Shown here in pieces: positions 9,989 through 19,590 of a stretch of DNA of 64,000 nt. The notes under the pieces were generated by a model. It was not told the DNA's origin, ran no database searches, and saw only the letters and a list, made by a program, of their open reading frames with translations. Positions within the stretch are counted from its first letter, which is position 1; every line of letters starts with the position of its first letter. A program made the translations under genes and the position numbers. Source of the DNA: a virus; IMG/VR virus record IMGVR_UViG_3300025137_003799, positions 15,711-79,710 of that record; one strand, given 5' to 3'.

Positions 9989-10502
9989 GGTTCATTATAC
10001 TTGGAAAGATATAGAACATATGATCCAGGTTATTAACAATCTAATGTTTATGGATGGCTGGAAGCCTGATTATGTTGTGGGATTAACACGTGGCGGGCTT
10101 GTTCCTGCTACAATCATTTCGAACATGACTAACATACCAATGTATGCACTTGATGTAAGATTTAGAGATACTGGTGGTAATTATACAGGTCCTGAGTCTA
10201 GTGGTTGGATGGCTTCAGATGCAAGAGGCGAAGGCCCTGCAGGAGTTACTGGTGATCACTACAAAAAGAACATACTTATTATTGATGATATCAATGACAC
10301 TGGCAAAACTCTACAGTGGATTAAAGAAGACTGGAAAACAGATTCTTCTTGGGGAGATAATGTGAGAACTGCCTGCTTAATTGATAATGCAGTAAGTGGC
10401 TTTGATAGTTTAGATTATACTGCACTTGAAATAAACAAAGAAGAAGATCCTGTTTGGATTGTATTCCCCTGGGAAGGCGAACGAGACTATGGGTGTACCT
10501 GA
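9978..10502 (+). CDS. type I phosphoribosyltransferase (xanthine/guanine PRT-like)
   Basis: VGLTRGGLVPA, ILIIDDINDTGKT, WIVFPWE. Confidence 0.85.
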   Translation: MVNKVHYTWKDIEHMIQVINNLMFMDGWKPDYVVGLTRGGLVPATIISNMTNIPMYALDVRFRDTGGNYTGPESSGWMASDARGEGPAGVTGDHYKKNILIIDDINDTGKTLQWIKEDWKTDSSWGDNVRTACLIDNAVSGFDSLDYTALEINKEEDPVWIVFPWEGERDYGCT

Positions 10503-10668
10503 TAAACTTTCAGTACCGGAAATGTATGAGAATATCAGTTTACGTTTAGAGATAATAAGTGAAATAATGGATGAACTACTAGAAGAATACCCCACTGAGC
10601 GACATAGAATACCAGTTGAAACAAGAGTACAACAAAAACTTATGCTCAGAAAACTAGCAGGAGAGTGA
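10489..10668 (+). CDS. hypothetical protein
   Basis: Short coupled ORF. Confidence 0.5.
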   Translation: MGVPDKLSVPEMYENISLRLEIISEIMDELLEEYPTERHRIPVETRVQQKLMLRKLAGE

Positions 10669-10669
10669 A

Positions 10670-11245
10670 ATGGCAAAAACATTTACTGTAGAAATATTTG
10701 GTTACGGTGCTGAAATGTGTGTCGGTAAAATTACTAAAGAACAATATGAGTTTTGGGAAGATCAAGATGAAGAGGTTACAATAAACCATGCATTTTGGGA
10801 TCCTTATGAAACAGACTCAGACGATGAACACCCTAACCCAATAACTGATGATGCTGATCCACGTTTCCTGGGATACTGGCATGAATGTGATGACATAGAA
10901 CATTGCAATGGTGCAATGTTTGATGGCCTAACTGTTGTTATAACAGATGAAGATGGCAAGGAAGTATATAACGAACACGATATCGAATGTGATTTTGAAC
11001 ACATTGATAAAGATGATCTAGAGCCTGGATACTATGTACATGGTTGGAGCTCAGAAAAAGGTGGATTCTTTACTGGTGAATTTGAAGCAGAAGAGTTTGA
11101 TATAACAAAGCTAACATTCTCAGGTACAGATATATTAGGCGACCAAATGGTTGATAGTGTCATGTATAATGATGAGTATATTGATAATGAAGGTGGTGAC
11201 ACTAGGGGCAAAGGTAGTGGAATCGAATTCTTTGAAGTTATCTAA
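10670..11245 (+). CDS. highly acidic hypothetical protein
   Basis: D/E-rich ORF, RBS AGGAG. Confidence 0.7.
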   Translation: MAKTFTVEIFGYGAEMCVGKITKEQYEFWEDQDEEVTINHAFWDPYETDSDDEHPNPITDDADPRFLGYWHECDDIEHCNGAMFDGLTVVITDEDGKEVYNEHDIECDFEHIDKDDLEPGYYVHGWSSEKGGFFTGEFEAEEFDITKLTFSGTDILGDQMVDSVMYNDEYIDNEGGDTRGKGSGIEFFEVI

Positions 11246-11804
11246 TAGTTATCCTAGAGGTAAATTAGAGGTAATTGCAGGGCCAATGTTCGCTGGAAAG
11301 AGTAGCGAACTACTAAAACGTCTACTATTCATTGAACATAGTGGATATAAAATAATAGCTTTAAAGCCAGTAGTAGACGATAGATACGATACCAAAAGCA
11401 TTGTAACTCATAACCAATTGAGTCACGATGCTATTTCTGTAATTGACTTAGAATTAGTCAAGGACAATTATACAATAAAACCATATAACTTCCATACTGT
11501 ATTCATAGATGAGGTACAGTTTTTCGATACCAAAGAAGCAGTATGGTTTGTAGAAGAAGGACTTAGGGAAGGCGTAAACTTTGTATGTGCTGGTTTAGAT
11601 CAGGACAGTAGAGGTGTTCCATTTGAGACAACGGCTAGACTATTAGCACTAGCTGATGAAGTTATTAAGATTACTGCTTTCTGTAATGTATGCGGACAGT
11701 CAGCAAGTAAAACACAAAGACTAAGGGATAGTGGAGGAAGAGTTGCTGTCGGCGGCGTTGGACAATATGAACCCAGATGTCATACACATTGGATAAGCAA
11801 ATAA
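11232..11804 (+). CDS. tdk: thymidine kinase
   Basis: GPMFAGKS, FIDEVQF, AGLD, CNVC...YEPRC; likely TTG start at 11232. Confidence 0.92.
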   Translation: MKLSNSYPRGKLEVIAGPMFAGKSSELLKRLLFIEHSGYKIIALKPVVDDRYDTKSIVTHNQLSHDAISVIDLELVKDNYTIKPYNFHTVFIDEVQFFDTKEAVWFVEEGLREGVNFVCAGLDQDSRGVPFETTARLLALADEVIKITAFCNVCGQSASKTQRLRDSGGRVAVGGVGQYEPRCHTHWISK

Positions 11805-11819
11805 CAAAAGGGAAATATA

Positions 11820-11984
11820 ATGGATACTAAAGAACAAGATGAGTACAAACGTCAAATACAGGAATACTTTGAAAAAGGTGGCAAGATAACTTATTGTGAA
11901 CCTGAAGCAAGAACGGCAGAAATAACTTACAAATTTCAACGTGGCAGAAAGAAAGCCCAACCCAAAGAGGAAGATTCCGAATGA
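11820..11984 (+). CDS. 54-aa protein with SutA RNAP-binding-domain-like motif
   Basis: Hand-translated MDTKEQDEYKRQIQEYFEKGGKITYCEPEAR... Confidence 0.6.
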   Translation: MDTKEQDEYKRQIQEYFEKGGKITYCEPEARTAEITYKFQRGRKKAQPKEEDSE

Positions 11985-12418
11985 GAATAGCAATCGGTAG
12001 TGACCATGGAGGTTACGAACTAAAACAAAAAATAAAAGAATATCTAAGTACAACTGAACATGCTTTTGTGGACTTAGGATGCACAGACGAAACCAGTGTA
12101 GACTATCCTGACTATGCAGAAAAGGTTGTACACTATGTATCACACAACGGATATGATTGTGGTGTATTGTTATGTGGCACAGGACAGGGTATGGCAATGT
12201 GTGCTAACAAACACAGAAAAATAAGAGCGGCATTGTGTACCGATATAAACATGGGAGAACTTGCACGTTCACACGGAAACTGCAATGTACTATGTATGGG
12301 TGGACGTATTACTGATCACACTCTTGCAATCGAAATACTAAAAAAGTTTATAGAAACAGAATTTGATGGTGGCAGACATCAAGACAGGATCTCAAAATTT
12401 AGTGAACATGTATTATGA
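11981..12418 (+). CDS. rpiB: ribose-5-phosphate isomerase B
   Basis: GSDHGG, DYPD, CGTGQG, ANK, FDGGRH. Confidence 0.95.
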   Translation: MRIAIGSDHGGYELKQKIKEYLSTTEHAFVDLGCTDETSVDYPDYAEKVVHYVSHNGYDCGVLLCGTGQGMAMCANKHRKIRAALCTDINMGELARSHGNCNVLCMGGRITDHTLAIEILKKFIETEFDGGRHQDRISKFSEHVL

Positions 12419-13173
12419 ACTATTGTATAGCAGTATTTGGTTGTGGCTTTGTTGGTGAAACTGTTGCTAAGTTTTTAGAAAAAAACCATGTAGAAGTTAT
12501 TAGAGTTGATCCAGAGTTGTATGCAAGTAACAATCCACAACAAGCAATAGAAGAAGCAGATGGTATTATTATAGCAGTACCAACACCCAGCAATAAAGAC
12601 GGAACATGTGATGATAGCATTGTGCAATCAGTAATGGAAGCAATTCCACTTGATCATAAGGTTTTACTTAAAAGCTCTGTAACGTTTGAATGTCTACGTG
12701 ACTATGAGGATAATGTAGTATACAATCCAGAGTTCCTACGTGAAGCATCAGCAGAAGAAGACTTCTATCAGCAGGAACAATTTATACTTGGACATAGGAA
12801 CAACAGAAAAGATGCTGAATGGTGGGAAGACTTGTTTAGTGAATGTTTTGGACATAAACTAAATACTGTATACTGTACTACGGAAGAAGCAAGTATGATA
12901 AAGTACACTCACAATGCCTTCCTAGCAACAAAGGTAGCATGGTTTCATGAACTATATGCAAATATGCCAGCTGGAATAGACTATAATAAAATAACAAAAG
13001 CTCTAGGTAATTTTAGTCGTATAGGTCCTGATATGATGAAGGCACCAAATGCACAAGGAAAACTAGGATATGGTGGAAGTTGTTTCCCTAAAGATGTTAA
13101 GGCACTAACGAAAGTTATTGATCATGACATATTAGAACAAGTTAAAAAGACAAATAGGAAACTAAATGGATAA
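12415..13173 (+). CDS. UDP-glucose/GDP-mannose dehydrogenase family protein (no C-terminal domain)
   Basis: GCGFVG, AVPTP, YNPEFLRE, KYTHNAFLA, GYGGSCFPKD. Confidence 0.85.
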   Translation: MNYCIAVFGCGFVGETVAKFLEKNHVEVIRVDPELYASNNPQQAIEEADGIIIAVPTPSNKDGTCDDSIVQSVMEAIPLDHKVLLKSSVTFECLRDYEDNVVYNPEFLREASAEEDFYQQEQFILGHRNNRKDAEWWEDLFSECFGHKLNTVYCTTEEASMIKYTHNAFLATKVAWFHELYANMPAGIDYNKITKALGNFSRIGPDMMKAPNAQGKLGYGGSCFPKDVKALTKVIDHDILEQVKKTNRKLNG

Positions 13174-13615
13174 GTTATTTTGTTTTGGATGTGATTCTAA
13201 TAAATGGCCTGATATAGTAGCAAAGGGTTTAGAGTTAGAATTAGTGCATAGTCGAGGTAATACTAATAAAGAAATATGGGAACGTGTTCAGTATTACTTC
13301 TTTAACCAAAAAACTACAAAAGATCTAGTTATAATACAATGGACTTACTTGGATAATCAATCCTTAGAATGTATTACTAATACTAACTTGTTAATACATC
13401 ATACAAATCTAATGCTTAACAAACATGGAATAGAAAACTATAACTTATTTGTTAGAAGTGGCTTTCCTAGAGAATTGTTTAATGATGTTCAGTTTTTAGA
13501 TTGCCGTAGAGATGAATGTTCAGAACAACAACACGGACAAAATGTACTAGAAGAAATAAAAAAGGCTAAAGAAACCTTGACAATGTATGTAAATAGTAGT
13601 ATAATGGAACAATAA
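13166..13615 (+). CDS. hypothetical protein (possible degenerate SGNH-like fold)
   Basis: LFCFGCD, DLVIIQWT. Confidence 0.45.
   Translation: MDKLFCFGCDSNKWPDIVAKGLELELVHSRGNTNKEIWERVQYYFFNQKTTKDLVIIQWTYLDNQSLECITNTNLLIHHTNLMLNKHGIENYNLFVRSGFPRELFNDVQFLDCRRDECSEQQHGQNVLEEIKKAKETLTMYVNSSIMEQ
13577..13605 (+). promoter_or_regulatory. sigma70-type promoter for queE-metK
   Basis: TTGACA-N17-TATAAT; TAAATA in spacer. Confidence 0.75.
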
Positions 13616-13634
13616 TAGTACAAAGGAATAATAA

Positions 13635-14531
13635 ATGAAATTACGTTATAGTGAAGCATTTTATAGTGTACAAGGCGAAGGTAAATATGTGGGAGTACCT
13701 AGTGTGTTTCTGCGTACATTCGGTTGTAATTTCCGTTGTATGAACTTTGGTTTAGGCAAACAAGAACCCAGTCGTGCAGAAAAACATGCACAAGGACAAA
13801 GGTACAATCAGGAAGTAAAAGATTTAATTAATGCAGGTGTACATGAAAATACTAAAGTATTTGAAGACTTGCCAATTATACACACAGGTTGCGATACATA
13901 TGCAAGTATCTATCCTGAGTTTAAACACTTTAATAGACAAGCAGAAGTTGAAGAAGTAGTAGAACATTTACTTAGTCTAACTCCTGAAGGCAGATGGACA
14001 ATGGATAATGGACAAGATGTGCATCTTATCCTCACAGGCGGTGAACCGTTGTTAGCATGGCAAAAATTATATATAGAATTATTTGAACACCCACGTATGA
14101 AGGATTTAAAAAATGTTACATTTGAAACAAATACTACACAATTGCTCCACAAAGATTTCAAGGAGTACCTCAACAATCAATCAAGGATTAGAGTCACTTG
14201 GTCTTGCTCCGCAAAGCTATCAGTTTCTGGGGAGTCTGAAGCAGACTGCATTAAGCCTAATGTGGCTACTGATTATGCTAGTGTATCTGGCAGTAACATT
14301 TATCTTAAATTTGTCGTGGGCGATAGGGCTGATATTGAAGAAGCTGGTCGAGCTGTTGAGACATTCCGTATGGGAGGTCTCGAGTGTCCAGTATATTGTA
14401 TGCCGCTTGGAGGACGTAGTGAAGAGTATAATCTCAACGTTCAAGAAGTCGCTGAAGTATGTATGGAACGGGGGTGGAGATTTACACCAAGACTCCACAT
14501 CAGTCTCTTCGGAAATGCCTGGGGAACCTAA
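13635..14531 (+). CDS. queE: 7-carboxy-7-deazaguanine synthase (radical SAM)
   Basis: EAFYSVQGEG..VFLRTFGCN, GCDT, TGGEP, ETN, RLH. Confidence 0.9.
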   Translation: MKLRYSEAFYSVQGEGKYVGVPSVFLRTFGCNFRCMNFGLGKQEPSRAEKHAQGQRYNQEVKDLINAGVHENTKVFEDLPIIHTGCDTYASIYPEFKHFNRQAEVEEVVEHLLSLTPEGRWTMDNGQDVHLILTGGEPLLAWQKLYIELFEHPRMKDLKNVTFETNTTQLLHKDFKEYLNNQSRIRVTWSCSAKLSVSGESEADCIKPNVATDYASVSGSNIYLKFVVGDRADIEEAGRAVETFRMGGLECPVYCMPLGGRSEEYNLNVQEVAEVCMERGWRFTPRLHISLFGNAWGT

Positions 14532-14604
14532 AATACACCCAAAAGTAGATAGAGCAAATAAGGCTCCAATTGATATGGACAAAGTTAGAAAGGCAGGTTA
14601 TTAA

Positions 14605-15753
14605 ATGACACGACAAAACGACTACATCTTCACTAGCGAAAGTGTTAGTGACGGTCATCCAGATAAAGTAGCAGATCAAATTTCAGATGCACTTGTTGAT
14701 GCTGGCCTGAAAGCAGGTGACGATACAACAAGGGTAGCAGTTGAAACACTAGTTACAACCAACTACGTTGTAGTAGCTGGAGAAGTAAAAAACTTTAACG
14801 TTACAAACGATGAAGTAGAACAAATTATTAGAGATAAAGTAAAAGAAATTGGTTATGAACAGGATGGATTCCATTGGAACAAATTAACTGTTGACAATAA
14901 AACAATCAATAACCAACTACATTCACAGAGTGCTGATATTGGTTTAGGTACAGATGACTTTGGAGCAGGCGATCAGGGTATTATGTTTGGTTATGCAACT
15001 AATGAAACAGAATCATTTATGCCAGCACCTATACATTACTCACATGAGATACTTAAAAATTTAAAAGCAAAAAGAGAAGATGGCTTTGAATATATGTTGC
15101 CTGATGCTAAGAGTCAGGTAAGTATAGAATACAGTGGTGGTAAGCCCAAACGTGTTGATCAAGTTGTTATTAGTAGTCAACATACTGAAGGTTTTCAACA
15201 CAGTATCAAGATGCCGTTAAAACAGGCGGCAGTAGAAGTATTGGGAGACTTAATAGATGAATTTACTATATTCCATCTTAATCCTACTGGCAATTTTGTC
15301 ATTGGTGGCCCTGATGGTGACACAGGAGTTACTGGTCGTAAAATTATCGTTGATACTTATGGCGGTTTCGCTCCTCATGGTGGCGGTGCTTTTAGTGGTA
15401 AAGACCCTACTAAAGTAGATCGTTCAGCGGCATATGTAGCCCGTTGGATTGCAAAGAATGTTGTAGCAGATAATATGGCAGACTGGTGTAGTATACAACT
15501 AAGTTATGCTATCGGCATAAAAGAACCCACAAGTATCTACATTGATTCAAACGGACATAATCGCAGTATACACAAGCATATTATAGATACTATTGATTTA
15601 ACACCTAAAGGTATTATTGATAGATTTGATATGTTTAATTTTAACGAATACAGTAAAAACTGTACATATGGACACTTTGGTAGCAAAGAAGTGCCGTGGG
15701 AAAAAATAGGATGGGACTCAAACAATGTTTACGAAATTAAAAAATATATTTAA
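14605..15753 (+). CDS. metK: S-adenosylmethionine synthetase
   Basis: FTSESVSDGHPDK, GAGDQG, GGGAFSGKDPTKVDRS. Confidence 0.97.
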   Translation: MTRQNDYIFTSESVSDGHPDKVADQISDALVDAGLKAGDDTTRVAVETLVTTNYVVVAGEVKNFNVTNDEVEQIIRDKVKEIGYEQDGFHWNKLTVDNKTINNQLHSQSADIGLGTDDFGAGDQGIMFGYATNETESFMPAPIHYSHEILKNLKAKREDGFEYMLPDAKSQVSIEYSGGKPKRVDQVVISSQHTEGFQHSIKMPLKQAAVEVLGDLIDEFTIFHLNPTGNFVIGGPDGDTGVTGRKIIVDTYGGFAPHGGGAFSGKDPTKVDRSAAYVARWIAKNVVADNMADWCSIQLSYAIGIKEPTSIYIDSNGHNRSIHKHIIDTIDLTPKGIIDRFDMFNFNEYSKNCTYGHFGSKEVPWEKIGWDSNNVYEIKKYI

Positions 15754-16024
15754 CTCTAAGAAGGCTGTTAAGAAAGCAGGTAAAACTGTATCTAAGGTCA
15801 GTGAAAAGGATCAAGCGACAGCAAAAGGCGAACCATATGTTAGAGTTGTTAATGTAGATCTTAATGAAGAAAATCCTAGTGATGGTTTCTTTGAACTGGA
15901 ATGGAACAAAATATTCGTAGATAAACTTAGGGAAAATGGCTATAGTGGAACTACTGAAGAAGAGATTGTTGACAGTTGGTTTACACAACTCTGCCGTAAC
16001 ATTGGCGATGCAGACGATTATTAA
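15725..16024 (+). CDS. conserved phage hypothetical protein
   Basis: ORF overlapping the metK end; FFELEWN...IVDSWF. Confidence 0.7.
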   Translation: MFTKLKNIFNSKKAVKKAGKTVSKVSEKDQATAKGEPYVRVVNVDLNEENPSDGFFELEWNKIFVDKLRENGYSGTTEEEIVDSWFTQLCRNIGDADDY

Positions 16025-16031
16025 AAAGTTC

Positions 16032-16060
16032 TTGACAACCGTGAATAACGGTGTTATTAT
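16032..16060 (+). promoter_or_regulatory. sigma70-type promoter
   Basis: TTGACA-N17-TATTAT. Confidence 0.7.
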
Positions 16061-16086
16061 CACAGTATAACAATAAGGGAACTAAC

Positions 16087-17079
16087 ATGGAAACCTATAT
16101 ACTAGTAGATACTGCTAATATGTTTATGAGAGCAAGACATGTCGTACGTGGTGATGATATGTATACTAAAATTGGTATGAGCTATCATATTATGTTTAAC
16201 AGTATTAATAAAACTTGGCGTGACCAGAATGGTAGTCATGTTGTTATTTGTTTAGAAGGACGTAGTTGGCGTAAAGACTTTTACGAGCCTTATAAACGTA
16301 ATAGAAAAGCAGTATTGGCGGCTAAGACAGATCGTGAACAAGAAGAAGATCAACAGTTCTGGGACGCCTTTGATGAGCTACAACATTTCTTCTTAGACAA
16401 GACTAACTGTACAGTATTACAACATGGGCAATGTGAAGCAGATGACTTTATTGCACGTTGGATACAGAATCATCCTGACGACAATCATATTATTGTTAGT
16501 AGTGATAGTGACTACTATCAGTTACTGAGTCCTAATGTTAAACAGTACAATGGTATTACACAAGAACTTATTACAACAGAAGGTATCTTTAATGACAAAG
16601 GTAAGCCTGTTATGGATAAGAAGACTAAGGAGCCTAAACAAATAGGCAATCCTGAGTGGTTATTGTTTGAGAAGTGTATACGTGGCGACAGTAGTGATAA
16701 TGTGTTTAGTGCTTATCCAGGTGCTCGTAAGAAAGGCACTAAGAATAAAATAGGACTAGAAGAAGCATTTGCAGATAAAGATGCAAAAGGCTTTAACTGG
16801 AATAACTTTATGCTACAACGTTGGTTAGATCATGAGAACGTAGAGCATCGTGTACTAGATGACTACAATCGTAATATGCACCTTATAGACTTAACTGCAC
16901 AACCTGAAGAAATTAAGACAGCTCTTGATGCCACAATTGTTAAACAAGTACAACGTGATAAGGTAGCACAGGTAGGTGTACACTTTATGAAGTTCTGTGG
17001 TAAACACAGTCTAGATAATATAAGTAAGAACCCAGGCGATCATGCCGTATATTTAAATGCAGGATATCAAAATGGATAA
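16087..17079 (+). CDS. rnh: T4-type RNase H / 5'-3' exonuclease (FEN family)
   Basis: LVD, SWRKDFY..YKRNR, EADD, SSDSD, GDSSDN. Confidence 0.88.
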   Translation: METYILVDTANMFMRARHVVRGDDMYTKIGMSYHIMFNSINKTWRDQNGSHVVICLEGRSWRKDFYEPYKRNRKAVLAAKTDREQEEDQQFWDAFDELQHFFLDKTNCTVLQHGQCEADDFIARWIQNHPDDNHIIVSSDSDYYQLLSPNVKQYNGITQELITTEGIFNDKGKPVMDKKTKEPKQIGNPEWLLFEKCIRGDSSDNVFSAYPGARKKGTKNKIGLEEAFADKDAKGFNWNNFMLQRWLDHENVEHRVLDDYNRNMHLIDLTAQPEEIKTALDATIVKQVQRDKVAQVGVHFMKFCGKHSLDNISKNPGDHAVYLNAGYQNG

Positions 17080-17344
17080 TATAAACTACCAAGACGCACT
17101 TAGTGAACTCAAGCAATCAATATGTGAAGTCACATTTACTAAGGTAAATGGCGATACTCGTATAATGACTTGCACATTACAAAAAGATCTTATTCCACAA
17201 GCAATAAAGAAAGATCCACTAACTGAAACAAAAGTTCGTGAGATCAATGAGAACTTTATTAGTGTGTGGGATATTAATGCAAAGGGCTGGCGTGGTTTTC
17301 GTGTAGCCAATATAATTGCATTCAAGCAAGTTGCTGATGTATAA
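17072..17344 (+). CDS. SH3/WYL-like beta-barrel phage protein
   Basis: VTFTKVNGDTRIMTCTL...VWD..KGWRGF. Confidence 0.65.
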   Translation: MDNINYQDALSELKQSICEVTFTKVNGDTRIMTCTLQKDLIPQAIKKDPLTETKVREINENFISVWDINAKGWRGFRVANIIAFKQVADV

Positions 17345-17840
17345 TGCTCAAGAAGTAATCAAAGGTAAATTTTGGATTGTAAATAGTGCTTACGGAAAAG
17401 TTGGCACTCTTCGCAAGACAGATGAAGCCTATGAGTTTTTTGATCAGACTACTTGTACAAAAAAGTTGTTGGATAGTCCCGACGAGTTATTTAAATTTTC
17501 ATCTACAGATAGAACTAATAAAGAAGAACAGGACGAGCTCAAAGTAAACGGCTTTCCCACTGGTTCATCCACGGCTGTGGAAGACACTCATGATGTATTA
17601 CCTGTATTTAGAAAGACAGTAACATCAAAAACTCTTCACGGAGCAGGATACTATATTGTAAAATTTGAAGGCATGGGTTGGCAATGGGCGTTCGCACCCA
17701 AGCTATCGACGTTGGATAAATACACATACGAAGGTCCTTACCTCACAGAATGGGAAATGAATTTGGAACTCCGTCGCAAAAAGAGAGAACCAAATGACGA
17801 ATACAATAAAATCAATAGGGACACTTTTCCTAATAGTTAG
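17337..17840 (+). CDS. hypothetical protein
   Basis: Coupled ORF. Confidence 0.65.
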   Translation: MYNAQEVIKGKFWIVNSAYGKVGTLRKTDEAYEFFDQTTCTKKLLDSPDELFKFSSTDRTNKEEQDELKVNGFPTGSSTAVEDTHDVLPVFRKTVTSKTLHGAGYYIVKFEGMGWQWAFAPKLSTLDKYTYEGPYLTEWEMNLELRRKKREPNDEYNKINRDTFPNS

Positions 17841-18939
17841 TGCGGTCAGTTTGATCAGCTACTATATTGGGATATATAACAAGCATCACCCCGACTTACA
17901 AAACCTTTCAACTAACGTTATGCTATCAACTGTTGTGGTACAAGTTACAACGGTAGATCCTGCTATGGAAAGATTAGCACGAGCTAGTGGACAAACAGGT
18001 TCTGGCTCAGGCTTCTTTGTAAAGGTTGACGATGAACATGCATGGGTTGTAACAAACCATCATGTTATAGAATCCTTCATGGCCTATCCAGACCAATTAG
18101 TAATAAATGTATTAACTGCTGATAGACCCTGGGTATACAATGCTGAGTTGATTGGTACTGATGTTTTGTCTGACATAGCAGTTTTAAAAATTAAGAAGAA
18201 GGATATGGAAGACAATTGGAAAGCATTAAAGTGGGCTGACGAAGATTCATATCTTGAAGGTGAACCTGTTTTAACAATAGGTCATGGGTTAAATTTGCAA
18301 TGGACAGTAACCACAGGTATTATATCAGCTTTAGACAGAATACAATTCCAACCATTACAATTTATGATGCAACATGACGCCGTCATTAATCAAGGTAATA
18401 GTGGTGGTCCACTAGTGAACTACTCAGGTGAAGTTGTAGGTGTTAACAATATGATTATTAGTCCAACTATCAACGGCTTTGGATCAAGAAAAGGCTGGGA
18501 TGGTATTGCTCTAGCGATTGCAGGCTGGCAGGCAGAAAGAGCAGTGAATAGTATATTAGATATAGGTAGAGTTGTTTATCCTAGATTTGATGGGTTTGCC
18601 ATTGTCAATCCTACTATTAAGGAAGCTCAACATGTACATAATACATTAGGAGCAAAACGTAGATCCTATGCAAAAATTTCTGACGTTGATGAGACAAAGG
18701 AAGCATATAAAAGTGGTATGCGAAATGGTGATATAATGACAGCAGTTGACGGTAAAGACGTTTGGGGATTAATTCACTTTATCAAAGCATGTATGCACAA
18801 ACAACCTGGAGATATTATTAAGATAACATTGTTGAGAGGTACAGAAAAATTTACTATAGATTATAAATTACTTACATTTCCAGATTCAGTTGAACCAAAA
18901 GAAGATAGTCGTATTAAGATATTGCCCGCTCCTAGGTAG
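17794..18939 (+). CDS. HtrA/DegP-family serine protease, N-terminal TM segment, one PDZ domain
   Basis: GSGSGF, TNHH, SDIAVLK, GNSGG, C-terminal PDZ-like GMRNGDIM. Confidence 0.9.
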   Translation: MTNTIKSIGTLFLIVSAVSLISYYIGIYNKHHPDLQNLSTNVMLSTVVVQVTTVDPAMERLARASGQTGSGSGFFVKVDDEHAWVVTNHHVIESFMAYPDQLVINVLTADRPWVYNAELIGTDVLSDIAVLKIKKKDMEDNWKALKWADEDSYLEGEPVLTIGHGLNLQWTVTTGIISALDRIQFQPLQFMMQHDAVINQGNSGGPLVNYSGEVVGVNNMIISPTINGFGSRKGWDGIALAIAGWQAERAVNSILDIGRVVYPRFDGFAIVNPTIKEAQHVHNTLGAKRRSYAKISDVDETKEAYKSGMRNGDIMTAVDGKDVWGLIHFIKACMHKQPGDIIKITLLRGTEKFTIDYKLLTFPDSVEPKEDSRIKILPAPR

Positions 18940-18971
18940 TATTCATTAAGTTAGTATTTAATTGCAAATGG

Positions 18972-18979
18972 TATAAATA
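18972..18979 (+). promoter_or_regulatory. T4-type late promoter
   Basis: Intergenic TATAAATA. Confidence 0.65.
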
Positions 18980-19001
18980 CTTGTACTAAATGGAGAACAA
19001 T

Positions 19002-19298
19002 ATGGCAAGACCTAAACCAACGATAATCTTAGACTACACAGATAAAACTTATAAGAGTGAACAAGTATTACAGGCTGACGCCATATATGCCGTTTTTTAT
19101 CAGGGTAATCCTATCAACTTGAGAACCCAACATAGTCTTATTAATTATCCAGGACCTAAATATAAAAAAGTATCATTTTCAAATAGTGGACATGCTTTTA
19201 ACCTAGCAGACAGACTAAACAAACAATTCAACTGTAATAAATTTACTGTTGTTAGATTAATACAGGGTGAAATTGTAACACGGAATGACAACAACTGA
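19002..19298 (+). CDS. conserved phage hypothetical protein
   Basis: MARPKP...GPKYKKVSFSN; RBS GGAGA. Confidence 0.75.
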   Translation: MARPKPTIILDYTDKTYKSEQVLQADAIYAVFYQGNPINLRTQHSLINYPGPKYKKVSFSNSGHAFNLADRLNKQFNCNKFTVVRLIQGEIVTRNDNN

Positions 19299-19590
19299 TT
19301 TACAGGATCAAATATTAAAATCGTTTGGACTGGAAAAAACAATGTTCAAACAAATGTTTTATAATAAAAAAACTCTCAGACTAACAAAACGTGGCAGAGA
19401 TATGTTAAAGGCGAAATATGCCTTTTGGATATTCGACGATCACGAAATGGTAAGTAAGGATAGTATTTCGTTACAACGTAAAATGACTTACCCTTATTTT
19501 ATGGACAAAAGAACGCTAATACTCTTTACTGAGGTAGATGCATTTATGGTCAAGATGGCGGGAGTTAAAGGATGGATAGATGGAAAATAA
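19285..19590 (+). CDS. hypothetical protein
   Basis: Coupled ORF, LRLTKRG. Confidence 0.65.
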   Translation: MTTTDLQDQILKSFGLEKTMFKQMFYNKKTLRLTKRGRDMLKAKYAFWIFDDHEMVSKDSISLQRKMTYPYFMDKRTLILFTEVDAFMVKMAGVKGWIDGK

